This document shows positions 16,941-25,930 of a stretch of DNA of 25,930 nt, in pieces. Every line of letters starts with the position of its first letter. Position 1 is the first letter of the stretch. The DNA is from an uncultured archaeon (GTDB lineage: Archaea > Altiarchaeota > Altiarchaeia > IMC4 > SCGC-AAA252-I15): the NCBI GenBank assembly GCA_902384455.1, contig CABMCB010000074.1, positions 1 through 25,930 on the forward strand. The letters are read 5' to 3'. The notes beneath the pieces are model-generated. The model had not been told where the DNA came from. It did no database searches and saw only the letters and a list, made by a program, of their open reading frames with translations. The position numbers and the translations under genes are program-made.

Positions 16941-17150
16941 TCATGTCTTCACCAGGGTAATAAACTTGTAGAACAGAAGCGCCACCAGAAAAAGTAGGTA
17001 AAGCCTAAGCATCAGAAGGGAGAAGCTGACCAGCGGCGTAATCTTTATGCGCGGCGTTGCATATTTGCGGTTTATCTCAAAGATTTTCGAGAAGTTCTCC
17101 TCTATAAAACCCGACACGCCCTCCCTGATTGTCTCAATCATCTTTCCCAT
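16941..17150 (-). CDS. Small single-TM protein within the NRAMP/MgtE-N operon
   Basis: 69 aa, 8- and 10-nt gaps to neighbours, C-terminal SLLMLRLYLLFLVALLFYKF helix. Confidence 0.75.
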   Translation of the reverse strand: MGKMIETIREGVSGFIEENFSKIFEINRKYATPRIKITPLVSFSLLMLRLYLLFLVALLFYKFITLVKT

Positions 17151-17158
17151 TTTTTAAC

Positions 17159-18469
17159 CTACCCCTGTCCCGAACCAAATAATCCGGGGAACAACGCGCT
17201 TACTCCGTATAAAGTGGACAGGACGATTATGACAATGACAATAGTGCCGCTGATGACGTTCTGCATTGTCGTGTTCTTGTACTTCCCCATAAGCTCCTCG
17301 TTGTTCAGCATGAGTATCAAGAAAACAAGGATTGCCGGAAGCAGTGTTACGGCGATGACTTGAACGAACAGGGTTATCAAAACAAGAGGTGCTTTAGGGA
17401 TTAGGGTCACCATCCCTGCCGTAATGAGCGCAAAAAAGTAGAACGCGTAAAACCAGGGTGCCTCCCTCACCTTGTTGTTGAGGGAATGCGCCCACCCGAA
17501 TACTTCGCCGAATGCCCATGAACTCGCCAGTGAAATGCATATAGCGCCAAGTAGCCCTGCGTTGAAGAGGCCTATTGCGAGGAATGTGCCGACGAATTTG
17601 TCTATTCCCATTATGACTTGTGCTGCTTGTGCTGCGCTTTCTATGTTCATTCCTTTCAGGACTGTTCCTGTCACGATTATGACGAAGACGGCTACTAGGA
17701 CTGTGAACATTGAGCCGAGCAGTGTGTCTACTTTGCCCCAGATTATGTCTTTTTCCCTCATTCCTTTGTCGACTACTGCGCTTTGCTGGAAGAATATCAT
17801 CCAGGGGGCGATTGTGGTTCCTATGTTTGCCATCAGGAAGAAGAATATTGTCTCGTTGAATCCTCCGGGGAAGTGTGGGATGAGCCCTTGTGATATGATG
17901 TTTGAGACTGTGGGTCGCACTAGGAAGGCGCAGGGTATGTAAATGAGGTTTAGGGCGCAAAACAGCATGGCGATTTTCTCCCACGTCCAGTAGCGTCCCT
18001 GAAGAATCATGGCCCCCATTATCATGATGACCACGAATATGGTGATTACCGGCGGGATGTTGAATATGCTCATGGCGGCGGTCATTCCTATGAACTCTGT
18101 GACGAGCGTCAGCCAGTCTACAAGTATGAGGTCAAGCAGCGAGAACCATCCCCAGAATTGGCCGAATGCGTCGAATATTGATTCTGCATGTCCTCTTTTG
18201 GTTACTGCTCCGAGGCGGACGGTCATTTCTTGGACGTAGTATGCGACTGGCAGAAGCAGGACTAAAAACCATATGAGTTCGTATCCGTATTTTGAGCCTG
18301 TTGCGGCGTATGTCGTTATTCCTCCGGCGTCGTTGTCGGCTAGCATAACTATGATTCCGGGGCCGGATAGTATGAGGTATAGTTTTATTGCTTTGGCGAA
18401 CCTGCGGTATCTGTAGAAAAGTTTCGAGAAAAAGTTCATACCCCCCACAGATCCGTTTGATGTCATCAC
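17159..18469 (-). CDS. NRAMP-family divalent cation transporter, magnesium (NRMT-like) subgroup
   Basis: GPGIIVMLADNDAGGITTY (instead of DPGN), QEMTVRLG, IGTTIAPWMIFFQQS; start could alternatively be 18466 or 18439. Confidence 0.9.
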   Translation of the reverse strand: MMTSNGSVGGMNFFSKLFYRYRRFAKAIKLYLILSGPGIIVMLADNDAGGITTYAATGSKYGYELIWFLVLLLPVAYYVQEMTVRLGAVTKRGHAESIFDAFGQFWGWFSLLDLILVDWLTLVTEFIGMTAAMSIFNIPPVITIFVVIMIMGAMILQGRYWTWEKIAMLFCALNLIYIPCAFLVRPTVSNIISQGLIPHFPGGFNETIFFFLMANIGTTIAPWMIFFQQSAVVDKGMREKDIIWGKVDTLLGSMFTVLVAVFVIIVTGTVLKGMNIESAAQAAQVIMGIDKFVGTFLAIGLFNAGLLGAICISLASSWAFGEVFGWAHSLNNKVREAPWFYAFYFFALITAGMVTLIPKAPLVLITLFVQVIAVTLLPAILVFLILMLNNEELMGKYKNTTMQNVISGTIVIVIIVLSTLYGVSALFPGLFGSGQG

Positions 18470-18576
18470 AATACCCAGATTGTTTGATAAGGAGGGGTAT
18501 TCAGGGTATAAAAACGTTTAAGGACTTTTCCTTTGGTGACGCTTCTGAGAGGGTCAATCTGCCGCCCAAACTAAAA

Positions 18577-19089
18577 TCAGGTTATGTACTGCCTAGTGTT
18601 TGACGAATCGAACTGCTTGACTATCTCTATGGGCGCACTGCCGTCGGGCTGAAAGCCGTATGACGGATAAATCAGGCTGGGCAGGTACGGCTGTATGTCA
18701 AATGCAAGCTGGGTTGCGGTGTCGAACTCCCCCCACGCTCTTTTGCTGATGTCATATGATTTCCGCCGGGTCTCATCCTCATCCTCAAAGCCCAAACTGT
18801 GTATGTACTCGTGAAGCAGAAGATGGCGGCCGTACGGCTCAAGCAGGCTTGGTTGCGTCTCCATTATTCTTCGTATGGGCGTCTTGTTGATGACTATTAT
18901 GTTGGAGTAAAGCGGATAGTACGCTCCTATGAATCCCTGCGGCATAGTTCCCATCTCCTGCAGGCCCAGCATCAGTCCGGCTCTAGAGCGTCCTTCGTGT
19001 TTTCGGACTGCCTCTTTGACTTCCTCGAAGCTTTCAGTAAATACTTTGTTTATGGAGCGCCAGCCTGGCTCTAATTCTTCTTCCATCAT
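18577..19089 (-). CDS. Small HExxH-containing protein (putative zinc-dependent hydrolase)
   Basis: FIGAYYPLYSNIIVIN, LLHEYIHSLGFEDE. Confidence 0.75.
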   Translation of the reverse strand: MMEEELEPGWRSINKVFTESFEEVKEAVRKHEGRSRAGLMLGLQEMGTMPQGFIGAYYPLYSNIIVINKTPIRRIMETQPSLLEPYGRHLLLHEYIHSLGFEDEDETRRKSYDISKRAWGEFDTATQLAFDIQPYLPSLIYPSYGFQPDGSAPIEIVKQFDSSNTRQYIT

Positions 19090-19221
19090 CTGTCTTGTTG
19101 GCGCGCAATAATTTAAATCCGCCGGTAACCAGAAGGAAACCTGATTACGCAGGCAAAATACGTATGTGCGGCTTTTGTGTTCGCCGTCTTTTTATCCTTC
19201 TTAGCCAATTCTTCAAGGAAC

Positions 19222-20091
19222 ATGTCCTCCAAGTTCAAGCCGATTACACTCAACGACAAGCCCCTATTTGACGGCTTCTTCAGAAAGCACCCCCAGAAAA
19301 TATCAGAGTACACTTTCACCAACCTGTTCTGCTGGCGCAGAATGTGGAACTACCGCTACGCAGTCATAGACGGCCACTTAATCGTGGAGTCGGACGAAAA
19401 GCAGGGGCCTGCCTTTTACCCTCCAGTCGGTCCAGATCCTGCGGGAATGATTAAGGCACTTTCTAAGGAGTATCCGGATTGGCATTTCAGCATGGTCGAG
19501 GAGGATGTGGCGTTAAAACTGAAAGACTCCTTCCTGGTGCGCAAGGACGAGGACCAGCGGGACTACGTTTACCTGACAGAAGACCTTCGCGCTCTCCCCG
19601 GAACAAAGTACTCCGTCAAAAGAAACTTCATCCGCAGATGCCAGCAGCATAATCCGGAAGTATGCGCTCTCTCCGACGAAAGAGTCCGCGAATTCATAGA
19701 AATGCAGGAACGCTGGTGCGACGAACACAAATGCCTAAGCAACAACCAGCTTACCTCCGAAGACGACGCAATAAAGCAACTGCTTACAAACCACAAAAAA
19801 CTAGGCGTCTTGGGCGTCTGCGTCACAATCAACGGACAACTAGAAGCGTTCGCACTCGGCGAACCAATCAACCCCTCAACATACATAGAACACTTCGAAA
19901 AAGCCAGCGTAAAATACGACGGACTATACCAGTTTGTTCTGCATGAGTTCGCTAAGTCCATTCCCCCGCAATTTAAGTTTCTAAACCGCGAGCAGGACCT
20001 GGGTGTGGCCGGGTTGAGGAAGGCGAAGTTGAGCTGGCATCCTGTCGGGTATGTTGAAAAGTATTCCCTTCTGCCGTCGGCCTCAGATTAA
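19222..20091 (+). CDS. DUF2156 protein (phosphatidylglycerol lysyltransferase C-terminal / tandem GNAT fold)
   Basis: SEYTFTNLFCW, DYVYLTEDL..LPG.KY..KRN, HFEKA, GLYQ, LNREQDLGVAGLRKAKLSWHP; ATG 19222 lies about 25 nt after TTTTTATC. Confidence 0.9.
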   Translation: MSSKFKPITLNDKPLFDGFFRKHPQKISEYTFTNLFCWRRMWNYRYAVIDGHLIVESDEKQGPAFYPPVGPDPAGMIKALSKEYPDWHFSMVEEDVALKLKDSFLVRKDEDQRDYVYLTEDLRALPGTKYSVKRNFIRRCQQHNPEVCALSDERVREFIEMQERWCDEHKCLSNNQLTSEDDAIKQLLTNHKKLGVLGVCVTINGQLEAFALGEPINPSTYIEHFEKASVKYDGLYQFVLHEFAKSIPPQFKFLNREQDLGVAGLRKAKLSWHPVGYVEKYSLLPSASD

Positions 20092-20093
20092 TT

Positions 20094-21230
20094 TTAGTCG
20101 ACGAGCATTGCTCCCGCGTAGTCGGGGCTGTTTAGGAAGTGCTTTAGCAGCGGGCTTATTCCTTCTGTGTCCAGCATTTTGGCGTAGGCGAAGAACGTCC
20201 TATCAACTGCGTTTATCGCTTTTTCGACGTCGCCTTTTTCCACGCTGCCTCTGCCTGCAACTGACGCAAACACCTTGCTGTACCATTCGATTGAGGCGTA
20301 GGCGAGCATCATTATGCGGTAGTTGTCTTGAATCTCGCCTCTGGCGAGAGTCTTCCTGTACTTGACGTTGTGGATGAAGTACCTGTCCACAAGCCCGTCT
20401 TCCGCCCACCTGACCTTAGACACCTTATCCGGGTCTATCAGTCCGACGCCTTCCACCATAACCTGCCTGCCTTGAGTCAGTTTAAGGTAAGTCGCCGCCT
20501 TAGTGATGGAATGAGCCAACTTGTTCTTGCCTTTGAACCTGAACGCAGTAACCACAGAAAGTATCACTCTACGTTTACCCGGAGAAGGCCGTATTCTTTC
20601 TGCTTCTGTGTTAATCTCCGTCAATTTGGCGGTTTTGAAGTATTCTTCAATGTTTGGCTTGTTTTTTCCTTCTTCAATGAGGATAAACCCTGTAAGCAGG
20701 CGTTTCTTCATTGGAGTTGTGTCGTTGAAAACGTCCAGAATCCTCTCTTCAACGGCTTTGTAAGATTCCCAATCAAGTAGTTTTCCGTTGTATTTTGGAG
20801 TTGCAATATGCATCTTTTTTCGGGCAGCTGCTTCTTCTGCGAGCGCAGCAATCTCTTGGTCCTCCTTAACGTGAGGTCCTTTGTTTGCCGTAACTGCCGG
20901 GCAGGCAAACGACAGGTCCACGTAAGTGCCCTCCGGCGTCTGGATGAAACTGTAAGGGAAAACCCGGCAGGTGAAAGGCTTGGAGCTCGAACCCAACTCC
21001 CCGTGTATCCTGCATTTGTTGTCCGACAGGAAAACGCATTCGTCTTTATCGTTCAACTCAAGATACAGTTTTCCCCCAACCTTCTTGAAAGGGTTGCTCA
21101 ACGGATCCTTAATCCGAGAGGACTCAACCTTAACCTTAGAGTCCTCATCCCCTTCAATCACCCACCTCATGCAGCACTCCCCGCACAAACTGCATGAGTA
21201 ATTAGCTTCCGGAAAAATCAGGTCCAACAC
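20094..21230 (-). CDS. YkgJ / FliB-like cysteine-cluster (probable Fe-S) protein
   Basis: CSLCGECC, CVFLSDNKCRIH, KPFTCRVFPY, LSFACP, plus a long helical C-terminal region as in FliB-length members. Confidence 0.8.
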   Translation of the reverse strand: MLDLIFPEANYSCSLCGECCMRWVIEGDEDSKVKVESSRIKDPLSNPFKKVGGKLYLELNDKDECVFLSDNKCRIHGELGSSSKPFTCRVFPYSFIQTPEGTYVDLSFACPAVTANKGPHVKEDQEIAALAEEAAARKKMHIATPKYNGKLLDWESYKAVEERILDVFNDTTPMKKRLLTGFILIEEGKNKPNIEEYFKTAKLTEINTEAERIRPSPGKRRVILSVVTAFRFKGKNKLAHSITKAATYLKLTQGRQVMVEGVGLIDPDKVSKVRWAEDGLVDRYFIHNVKYRKTLARGEIQDNYRIMMLAYASIEWYSKVFASVAGRGSVEKGDVEKAINAVDRTFFAYAKMLDTEGISPLLKHFLNSPDYAGAMLVD

Positions 21231-21231
21231 T

Positions 21232-21603
21232 TCACCTTGCGTTACTATCCTCCTCCCAGAGGCCGAAAACGTTCCCTTCAGTGTCCTCGCAGGTCGTCAA
21301 GTATCCCCAGCCTGGCACAATCATCTTCCTTTGAAGCACTTTGCCGTGGGCTTCCTCCACCAGTTGGGCGTATTTCTCGACGGATTCCACTCCGAAGTAG
21401 TTGGTTATCTTCTGGTTGGGTGCCCCCCTCTTGCCTAATCCTCCCGCCACGCCGTCCTCTCCCTTGAGGCCTTTTGTCTCAATGAGGTAGTACTCAATGG
21501 GGCCGGGCGGCCGTATGATTTTCCAGCCGAAAATTTTTTCGTAAAACTTTTTTGCCCGTTCGGGGTTTTCTGCGGCTACGTCGAAGTGGACTATAGTCGG
21601 CAT
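21232..21603 (-). CDS. VOC / glyoxalase-bleomycin resistance family protein
   Basis: IVHFDV..NPERAKKFYEKIFGWK, NYFGVESVE, DTEGNVFGLWE. Confidence 0.92.
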   Translation of the reverse strand: MPTIVHFDVAAENPERAKKFYEKIFGWKIIRPPGPIEYYLIETKGLKGEDGVAGGLGKRGAPNQKITNYFGVESVEKYAQLVEEAHGKVLQRKMIVPGWGYLTTCEDTEGNVFGLWEEDSNAR

Positions 21604-21615
21604 ATCAATTACCTC

Positions 21616-23265
21616 TTACTCGAGCACTGCGCCCTTGTCTGCTGTGGAAACGTGTTGAGCGTAACGCTTCAGGTACCCTGTGAGCTCTTTCTTGAGGATT
21701 TTGCAGGAACTCATCCGTTCTTTCAGCTGCTTGTCCGTGAGTTTGACGTTAATCTTCCTCTTGTGAATGTCGATTTCAATCACGTCCCCGTCTTGCAGAG
21801 CCGCTATCGGTCCGCATGCGGCTGCTTCCGGGCTTATGTGGCCTATGCATGGTCCGCGTGTTCCTCCGGAAAACCTTCCGTCTGTAATCAGTGCGACGGA
21901 ATCCGACAGCCCCATCCCTGCGATGGCGGAAGTCGGAGAAAGCATCTCGCGCATCCCAGGGCCTCCCTTTGGTCCTTCGTAGCGTATGACTACGACGTGG
22001 CCGCCTTTGACTTTGCCGGATGTTATGGCTTTCATTGCGTCTTCTTCGCTTTCGTACACCATTGCTTCGCCCGTAAACTTCATCATTTTGTCGCTTACTG
22101 CGCTTTGTTTGACTACGCAGCCGTCTGGGGCTATGTTTCCTTTCAGTATGGCCATTCCCCCCTCCTTGTGGTAGGGGTTAGAGAGCGGTCGGATGACGTT
22201 TGGGTTTGTGACGTGGCCGAGTGAGGCGATTTCCTTTATTGTGAGTCCTGACACTGTGGGGTTGTTTTTGAGTTTGGGGTTTAGTACGTTTAGCATTGCG
22301 GGTATTCCGCCTGCGTATTCGACGTCTTCCATGAATGTTTCTCCTGAGGGGCGCATGTTGGCTATGTGCGGAGTTTTGCGTGAAACGTCGTCGAAGAGTT
22401 TCAGCGGGAGTGTTTCGCCTGCTTCGCGGGCTATTGCCGGCAGGTGGAGGGTCGTGTTTGTTGAGCCGCCCATTGCGTTGTCCAATACGACCGCGTTGTA
22501 AAGAGAGTTCTTGTTGATAATCTTCTTCGTTGTGATTCCTTTCCTGACGAGCTCAACTATTCTTATTCCGCTTTCGTAGGCGATGCGCTTCTTCTTCGCA
22601 GACACCGCAAGCGCGGTCGCGCAACCAGGCAGACTCATACCCAACGCCTCAGTCAAGCAGGCCATGCTGTTTGCGGTGTACATACCCTGGCAGCTTCCGC
22701 ACCCCGGACAAGCCTCCAACTCAAGGCTGCAAAGTTCTTTCTCAGATATCTTGCCCGCCTCAAACTGCCCCACAGCCTCAAAAGTGTCTCTAACGAGATC
22801 CAACCGTTTGCCCTCATACCTTCCGGTAAGCATGGGGCCGGCAGTCACGACGATAGCGGGAACATCCAAGCGGCTTGCGGCCATAAGCATTCCGGGAGTA
22901 ATCTTATCGCAGTTAGTCAGAAGCACAAGCCCGTCCAAAGCGTGCGCTGAAGTCACGGCCTCTATTTCATCCGCAATCAGCTCTCGGGAGGGGAGCGAAA
23001 AGCGCATTCCAGAGTGGCCCATCGCAATCCCATCGCATATTGCGGGCACGCCGAATATGAAAGGTGAGCCGCCTCCAGCCTCTACGCCGCGCTCAATGTA
23101 GCGCTCAAGCTGCCGCATGTCCACGTGACCCGGCACCAAGTCCGAGTAGGATGAGGCGATGCCTATGAACGGCTTTTTCATGCTACGCTGCGATAGGCCT
23201 GTAGCGTAAAGTAGCGCCCTGTTTGGTACTCGCTCGAACCCTTTCTTGATTCTGTCGCTCCTCAT
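21616..23265 (-). CDS. ilvD: Dihydroxy-acid dehydratase
   Basis: [74 protein letters not shown]. Confidence 0.97.
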   Translation of the reverse strand: MRSDRIKKGFERVPNRALLYATGLSQRSMKKPFIGIASSYSDLVPGHVDMRQLERYIERGVEAGGGSPFIFGVPAICDGIAMGHSGMRFSLPSRELIADEIEAVTSAHALDGLVLLTNCDKITPGMLMAASRLDVPAIVVTAGPMLTGRYEGKRLDLVRDTFEAVGQFEAGKISEKELCSLELEACPGCGSCQGMYTANSMACLTEALGMSLPGCATALAVSAKKKRIAYESGIRIVELVRKGITTKKIINKNSLYNAVVLDNAMGGSTNTTLHLPAIAREAGETLPLKLFDDVSRKTPHIANMRPSGETFMEDVEYAGGIPAMLNVLNPKLKNNPTVSGLTIKEIASLGHVTNPNVIRPLSNPYHKEGGMAILKGNIAPDGCVVKQSAVSDKMMKFTGEAMVYESEEDAMKAITSGKVKGGHVVVIRYEGPKGGPGMREMLSPTSAIAGMGLSDSVALITDGRFSGGTRGPCIGHISPEAAACGPIAALQDGDVIEIDIHKRKINVKLTDKQLKERMSSCKILKKELTGYLKRYAQHVSTADKGAVLE

Positions 23266-23304
23266 GTTAAACCATCATTTGCTCAAGAGAAGTTAAAAGA
23301 GGTG

Positions 23305-23676
23305 CTATTGTTCTCCTAACGCTGTTTTTACGCGCTTTAGTAGGTCGTCGTTGTCGAATGGTTTTTGTATGAAATCCACGATTACTCCTTCCTTAATCAT
23401 CTTTTCTTTCTGGTCGTTGGTGAATGGGACTGCGCTGACGTACATGCATTTTATTTTGGTCAGCTCGTGGTCTCTTATGTTGCGGATGAGGTCTACTGGT
23501 CTGGTGCCGGGCATCATTAGGTCGAGAAGTATGAGGTCGGTGTTTTCGTCAATCAGCTTCCAGGCTTCATCCGCGTTGGATGCGCGCTTAATGTCGTATC
23601 CCTGGCCGCTTAAGGCGAGTTCTATCGCCTTTGCTATGTGCGGTTCGTCGTCCACAACAAGAATTTTTTTTGTCAT
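23305..23676 (-). CDS. Stand-alone response regulator receiver domain
   Basis: ILVVDDEP, DLILLDLMMP, VSA, FIQKPF; 123 aa, no output domain. Confidence 0.93.
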   Translation of the reverse strand: MTKKILVVDDEPHIAKAIELALSGQGYDIKRASNADEAWKLIDENTDLILLDLMMPGTRPVDLIRNIRDHELTKIKCMYVSAVPFTNDQKEKMIKEGVIVDFIQKPFDNDDLLKRVKTALGEQ

Positions 23677-23677
23677 C

Positions 23678-25792
23678 CTACTTCCCCCCGTTCTTTTTTG
23701 GTAGTGTGAAGTAAAAAGTGGTTCCTTTCCCCAGTGTGCTGTTGACCCAGATTAGCCCGTTGTGCGCCTCGACTATTTTCTTGCATATGTACAGTCCTAG
23801 GCCGCTTCCTCCTATTACGCCTGTTTTTGATGGGTCCACTTGGTAGAATTTGCTGAATATCTTGCTTAAGTCTTCTTTGGATATCCCTATTCCAGTGTCT
23901 GACACCAAGATTAAGATGTCGTTGCCCCGTGATACTGCTTCGACTGTTATGCTGCCTTGGGGTCCGGTGAACTTTATGGCGTTGCCAATTAGGTTGTTGA
24001 GCACGTCCGTTAGCCTGTCTAAGTCGCCGTAAGTAAGCGGCAGCTTTTCAGGGATACGTTTAAGGAGAGTAATCTGCTTGTCCTTGGCCGAAAGCGCGAA
24101 AGAACTCAATGCCTTGTCTATAAGGGCTTCAATGTCGACGTCGCTCATGTGCATCTTGATTCCCACGTCAACCTTGGAAAAAGTAAGTATCCTGTCTACT
24201 ATCTGGCGCAGGCGCACAGCATCCTGGACGATGTACTCCATCACTTCCCTCTGATTTTCGCTTATAGGCCCGACTTTGTTCGTACGTACCGATTCGGCGA
24301 AACTGAGCATGCTGGTTATAGGCGTCTTCAGTTCGTGCGTGACTGAAGCGAAAAATTCCTCCTTTAGCCTGTCTATCTTCTTGCGTTCGGTCACATCCCT
24401 GAATATGACCTGAATAGCAGACTTCCCCTGGTACGTCAACGGCGCCGCAGCAATTTCGGCTTCGAATGAGTTGGTGTCAAGCCTAAAGAGCGTCATCTCC
24501 ATCTTCTGGATGCTAGATTCATCCTTTTCCATCTGCCGGAATTTCTCTTCAATACGCGCTATTGAGTCCGGGTCAACGAAGTTTGCCATGCTGCTGCCCA
24601 AAAGTTGTTCTGAATTTGAGGCGCCAAGAAGCATAGCCCCCGCCGTGTTGATGAATGCGAGTTTGCCTTCTATTACCACCGTTATGCCGTCTGGAGACAG
24701 CTCAACCAGCCGGCGGTACCTCTCGTTAGTCTCAACCTGATCATTTTGGGCGCTCTCCAATATGCTGAGCATGTCGTTGATGGAATTCCCCAAACTGGAA
24801 ATCTCATCGTCGCCTGCCGTATTAACCCTCGTTGTGAGGTCGCCTTGCGTCCCAATGTCCTTAACTGAGAAACTCAAGCGCGTCAAACGGGACAACACAG
24901 TGGTTTCCAAAAGAAACATCATGACCACCTCAATAACCACTCCGGCAGTAACCAGGTACAGCAACAAATAACGGATTGTGCTCTGTCCCTGCTGGTATAT
25001 GCTCCGCGGGGTATCCACGCGCATCACAAGGGCAGGTCTGCCGAAAATGTCCCCCATTAAAGTATAACCTGCGATAGTGGTCTCGTTGATTGTATGGACA
25101 TAAACAGGGGTCTCATTAGACAGAACTAACTTAGCCTCCTCAACGTCAGAAGGCGCATCCAAACCGTTCAACTGGCTGACTCGTATGGACAAACGCGTAA
25201 TTTCCTCCAGCTGACCTACCTCATCGGCGTCTAAATAGCGCCCCATAATAAGGGTGCCACGTATAGGGCCAGTCTCATAGCTTGTCACAATAGGCCGTGA
25301 AGCAACAAGCATGGGCCCTTCAGGCAGAATGATTATTCCCGCTATGTAGGACGTGGGTTCGGTGTGGTTTAACAGGGTGCTTTCAGTCAGGTACTCTTGC
25401 ATGCCTGCGGGCGCGTCAGTCCTGTACCCTTCCTTGTAGTTGTAGTACTTTCCGTACATTACCTGATCTGAGGAGTTGACGTAGAGCATAAGGTTGAGTT
25501 TTAATGCCACTATTGCCTTGTCCTGTAGGTTTGATTGTATGTAATCTTCGTTTGAGTCTTCGACGAATCTGTACGTGTCGTCCCATGCGGCCCAGTCTAT
25601 GGACAGTGTTTTCAGGGTTTCGATTTCGTCCTGGAAGGCGTTTGTTGCTCTCTCCACGTTTTGGCGGGTGTTCTGCTCTTCTAATTCAGAAAAACTTTTT
25701 AGCAAGATGATTTGGGATGTGGCGTACACCACCAGGAAGAGGCTTAGGAACGTTACTCCAATGATAAGAAGGGTCTTCCTGCGAAGCTTCAT
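23678..25792 (-). CDS. Sensor histidine kinase: TM-CHASE4-TM-HAMP-PAS-HisKA-HATPase
   Basis: DWAAWDDTYRFV (CHASE4), GDDEISSLGNSINDML (HAMP), YRRLVELSPDGI (PAS), THELKTPI (H box), NLIGNAIKFT, DTGIGI, GSGLGL. Confidence 0.95.
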   Translation of the reverse strand: MKLRRKTLLIIGVTFLSLFLVVYATSQIILLKSFSELEEQNTRQNVERATNAFQDEIETLKTLSIDWAAWDDTYRFVEDSNEDYIQSNLQDKAIVALKLNLMLYVNSSDQVMYGKYYNYKEGYRTDAPAGMQEYLTESTLLNHTEPTSYIAGIIILPEGPMLVASRPIVTSYETGPIRGTLIMGRYLDADEVGQLEEITRLSIRVSQLNGLDAPSDVEEAKLVLSNETPVYVHTINETTIAGYTLMGDIFGRPALVMRVDTPRSIYQQGQSTIRYLLLYLVTAGVVIEVVMMFLLETTVLSRLTRLSFSVKDIGTQGDLTTRVNTAGDDEISSLGNSINDMLSILESAQNDQVETNERYRRLVELSPDGITVVIEGKLAFINTAGAMLLGASNSEQLLGSSMANFVDPDSIARIEEKFRQMEKDESSIQKMEMTLFRLDTNSFEAEIAAAPLTYQGKSAIQVIFRDVTERKKIDRLKEEFFASVTHELKTPITSMLSFAESVRTNKVGPISENQREVMEYIVQDAVRLRQIVDRILTFSKVDVGIKMHMSDVDIEALIDKALSSFALSAKDKQITLLKRIPEKLPLTYGDLDRLTDVLNNLIGNAIKFTGPQGSITVEAVSRGNDILILVSDTGIGISKEDLSKIFSKFYQVDPSKTGVIGGSGLGLYICKKIVEAHNGLIWVNSTLGKGTTFYFTLPKKNGGK

Positions 25793-25844
25793 GGTTTTTC
25801 CCCAACTTGATTAGGGCTTCATAGTTTATCTACTGTTGAGTCCT

Positions 25845-25930
25845 CATCTGACGAGGCGGCCGGCCCGCGGGGGCCGCGGCGCGCGGGGGGGGGGTCGGGT
25901 GGATCGGGGGGGTTAGGGGGGGGTGCCGGA
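25845..25930. other. G/C low-complexity tail, probably a contig-end sequencing artefact
   Basis: Abrupt change to near-pure G/C with long G runs at the very end of the window. Confidence 0.65.

Noticed and set aside
18470-18576. Mg2+ riboswitch upstream of the NRAMP gene
   Set aside because: Short region with a TATA-like TTTTTATA close to the start; no recognisable M-box or yybP-ykoY features
25832-25860. CTGTTGAG / CTGACGAG resembling a hammerhead ribozyme core
   Set aside because: No GAAA core partner or consistent stems; runs straight into the low-complexity tail
25845-25930. G-run tail as a G-quadruplex or telomere-like end
   Set aside because: At the window end and compositionally alien; most simply poly-G read artefact

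Overview
Archaeal chromosomal segment. Evidence: tRNAs with bulge-helix-bulge introns, C1-G72 tRNA-Tyr, a geranylgeranyl reductase, TATA/BRE promoters and a receiver-only response regulator. A DPANN-type lineage is a guess. About 23 CDSs: THUMP-less ThiI, MarC, DUF2178/XRE pair, GGR, PurD-like ATP-grasp enzyme, GNAT, two orphans, flippase-like protein, Cys-rich HExxH exported protein, MidA-like methyltransferase, P-type ATPase, NRAMP/MgtE-N magnesium module, DUF2156, FliB/YkgJ-like, VOC, IlvD and a CHASE4 histidine kinase with its receiver. There are three tRNAs: Asp, intron-containing Tyr and intron-containing Met. The most unusual signal is non-coding, at the tRNA-Met locus. Two sequence-divergent copies of a short element keep an exact pyrimidine / complementary purine / mirror purine geometry, as expected for an intrastrand triplex. 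One copy sits between 15-bp direct repeats of the tRNA 5' end and the other sits inside the tRNA intron. The window also shows kb-scale switching between A/C-rich and G/T-rich tracts that ignores gene boundaries. All product calls come from motif recognition only; no database search was run.
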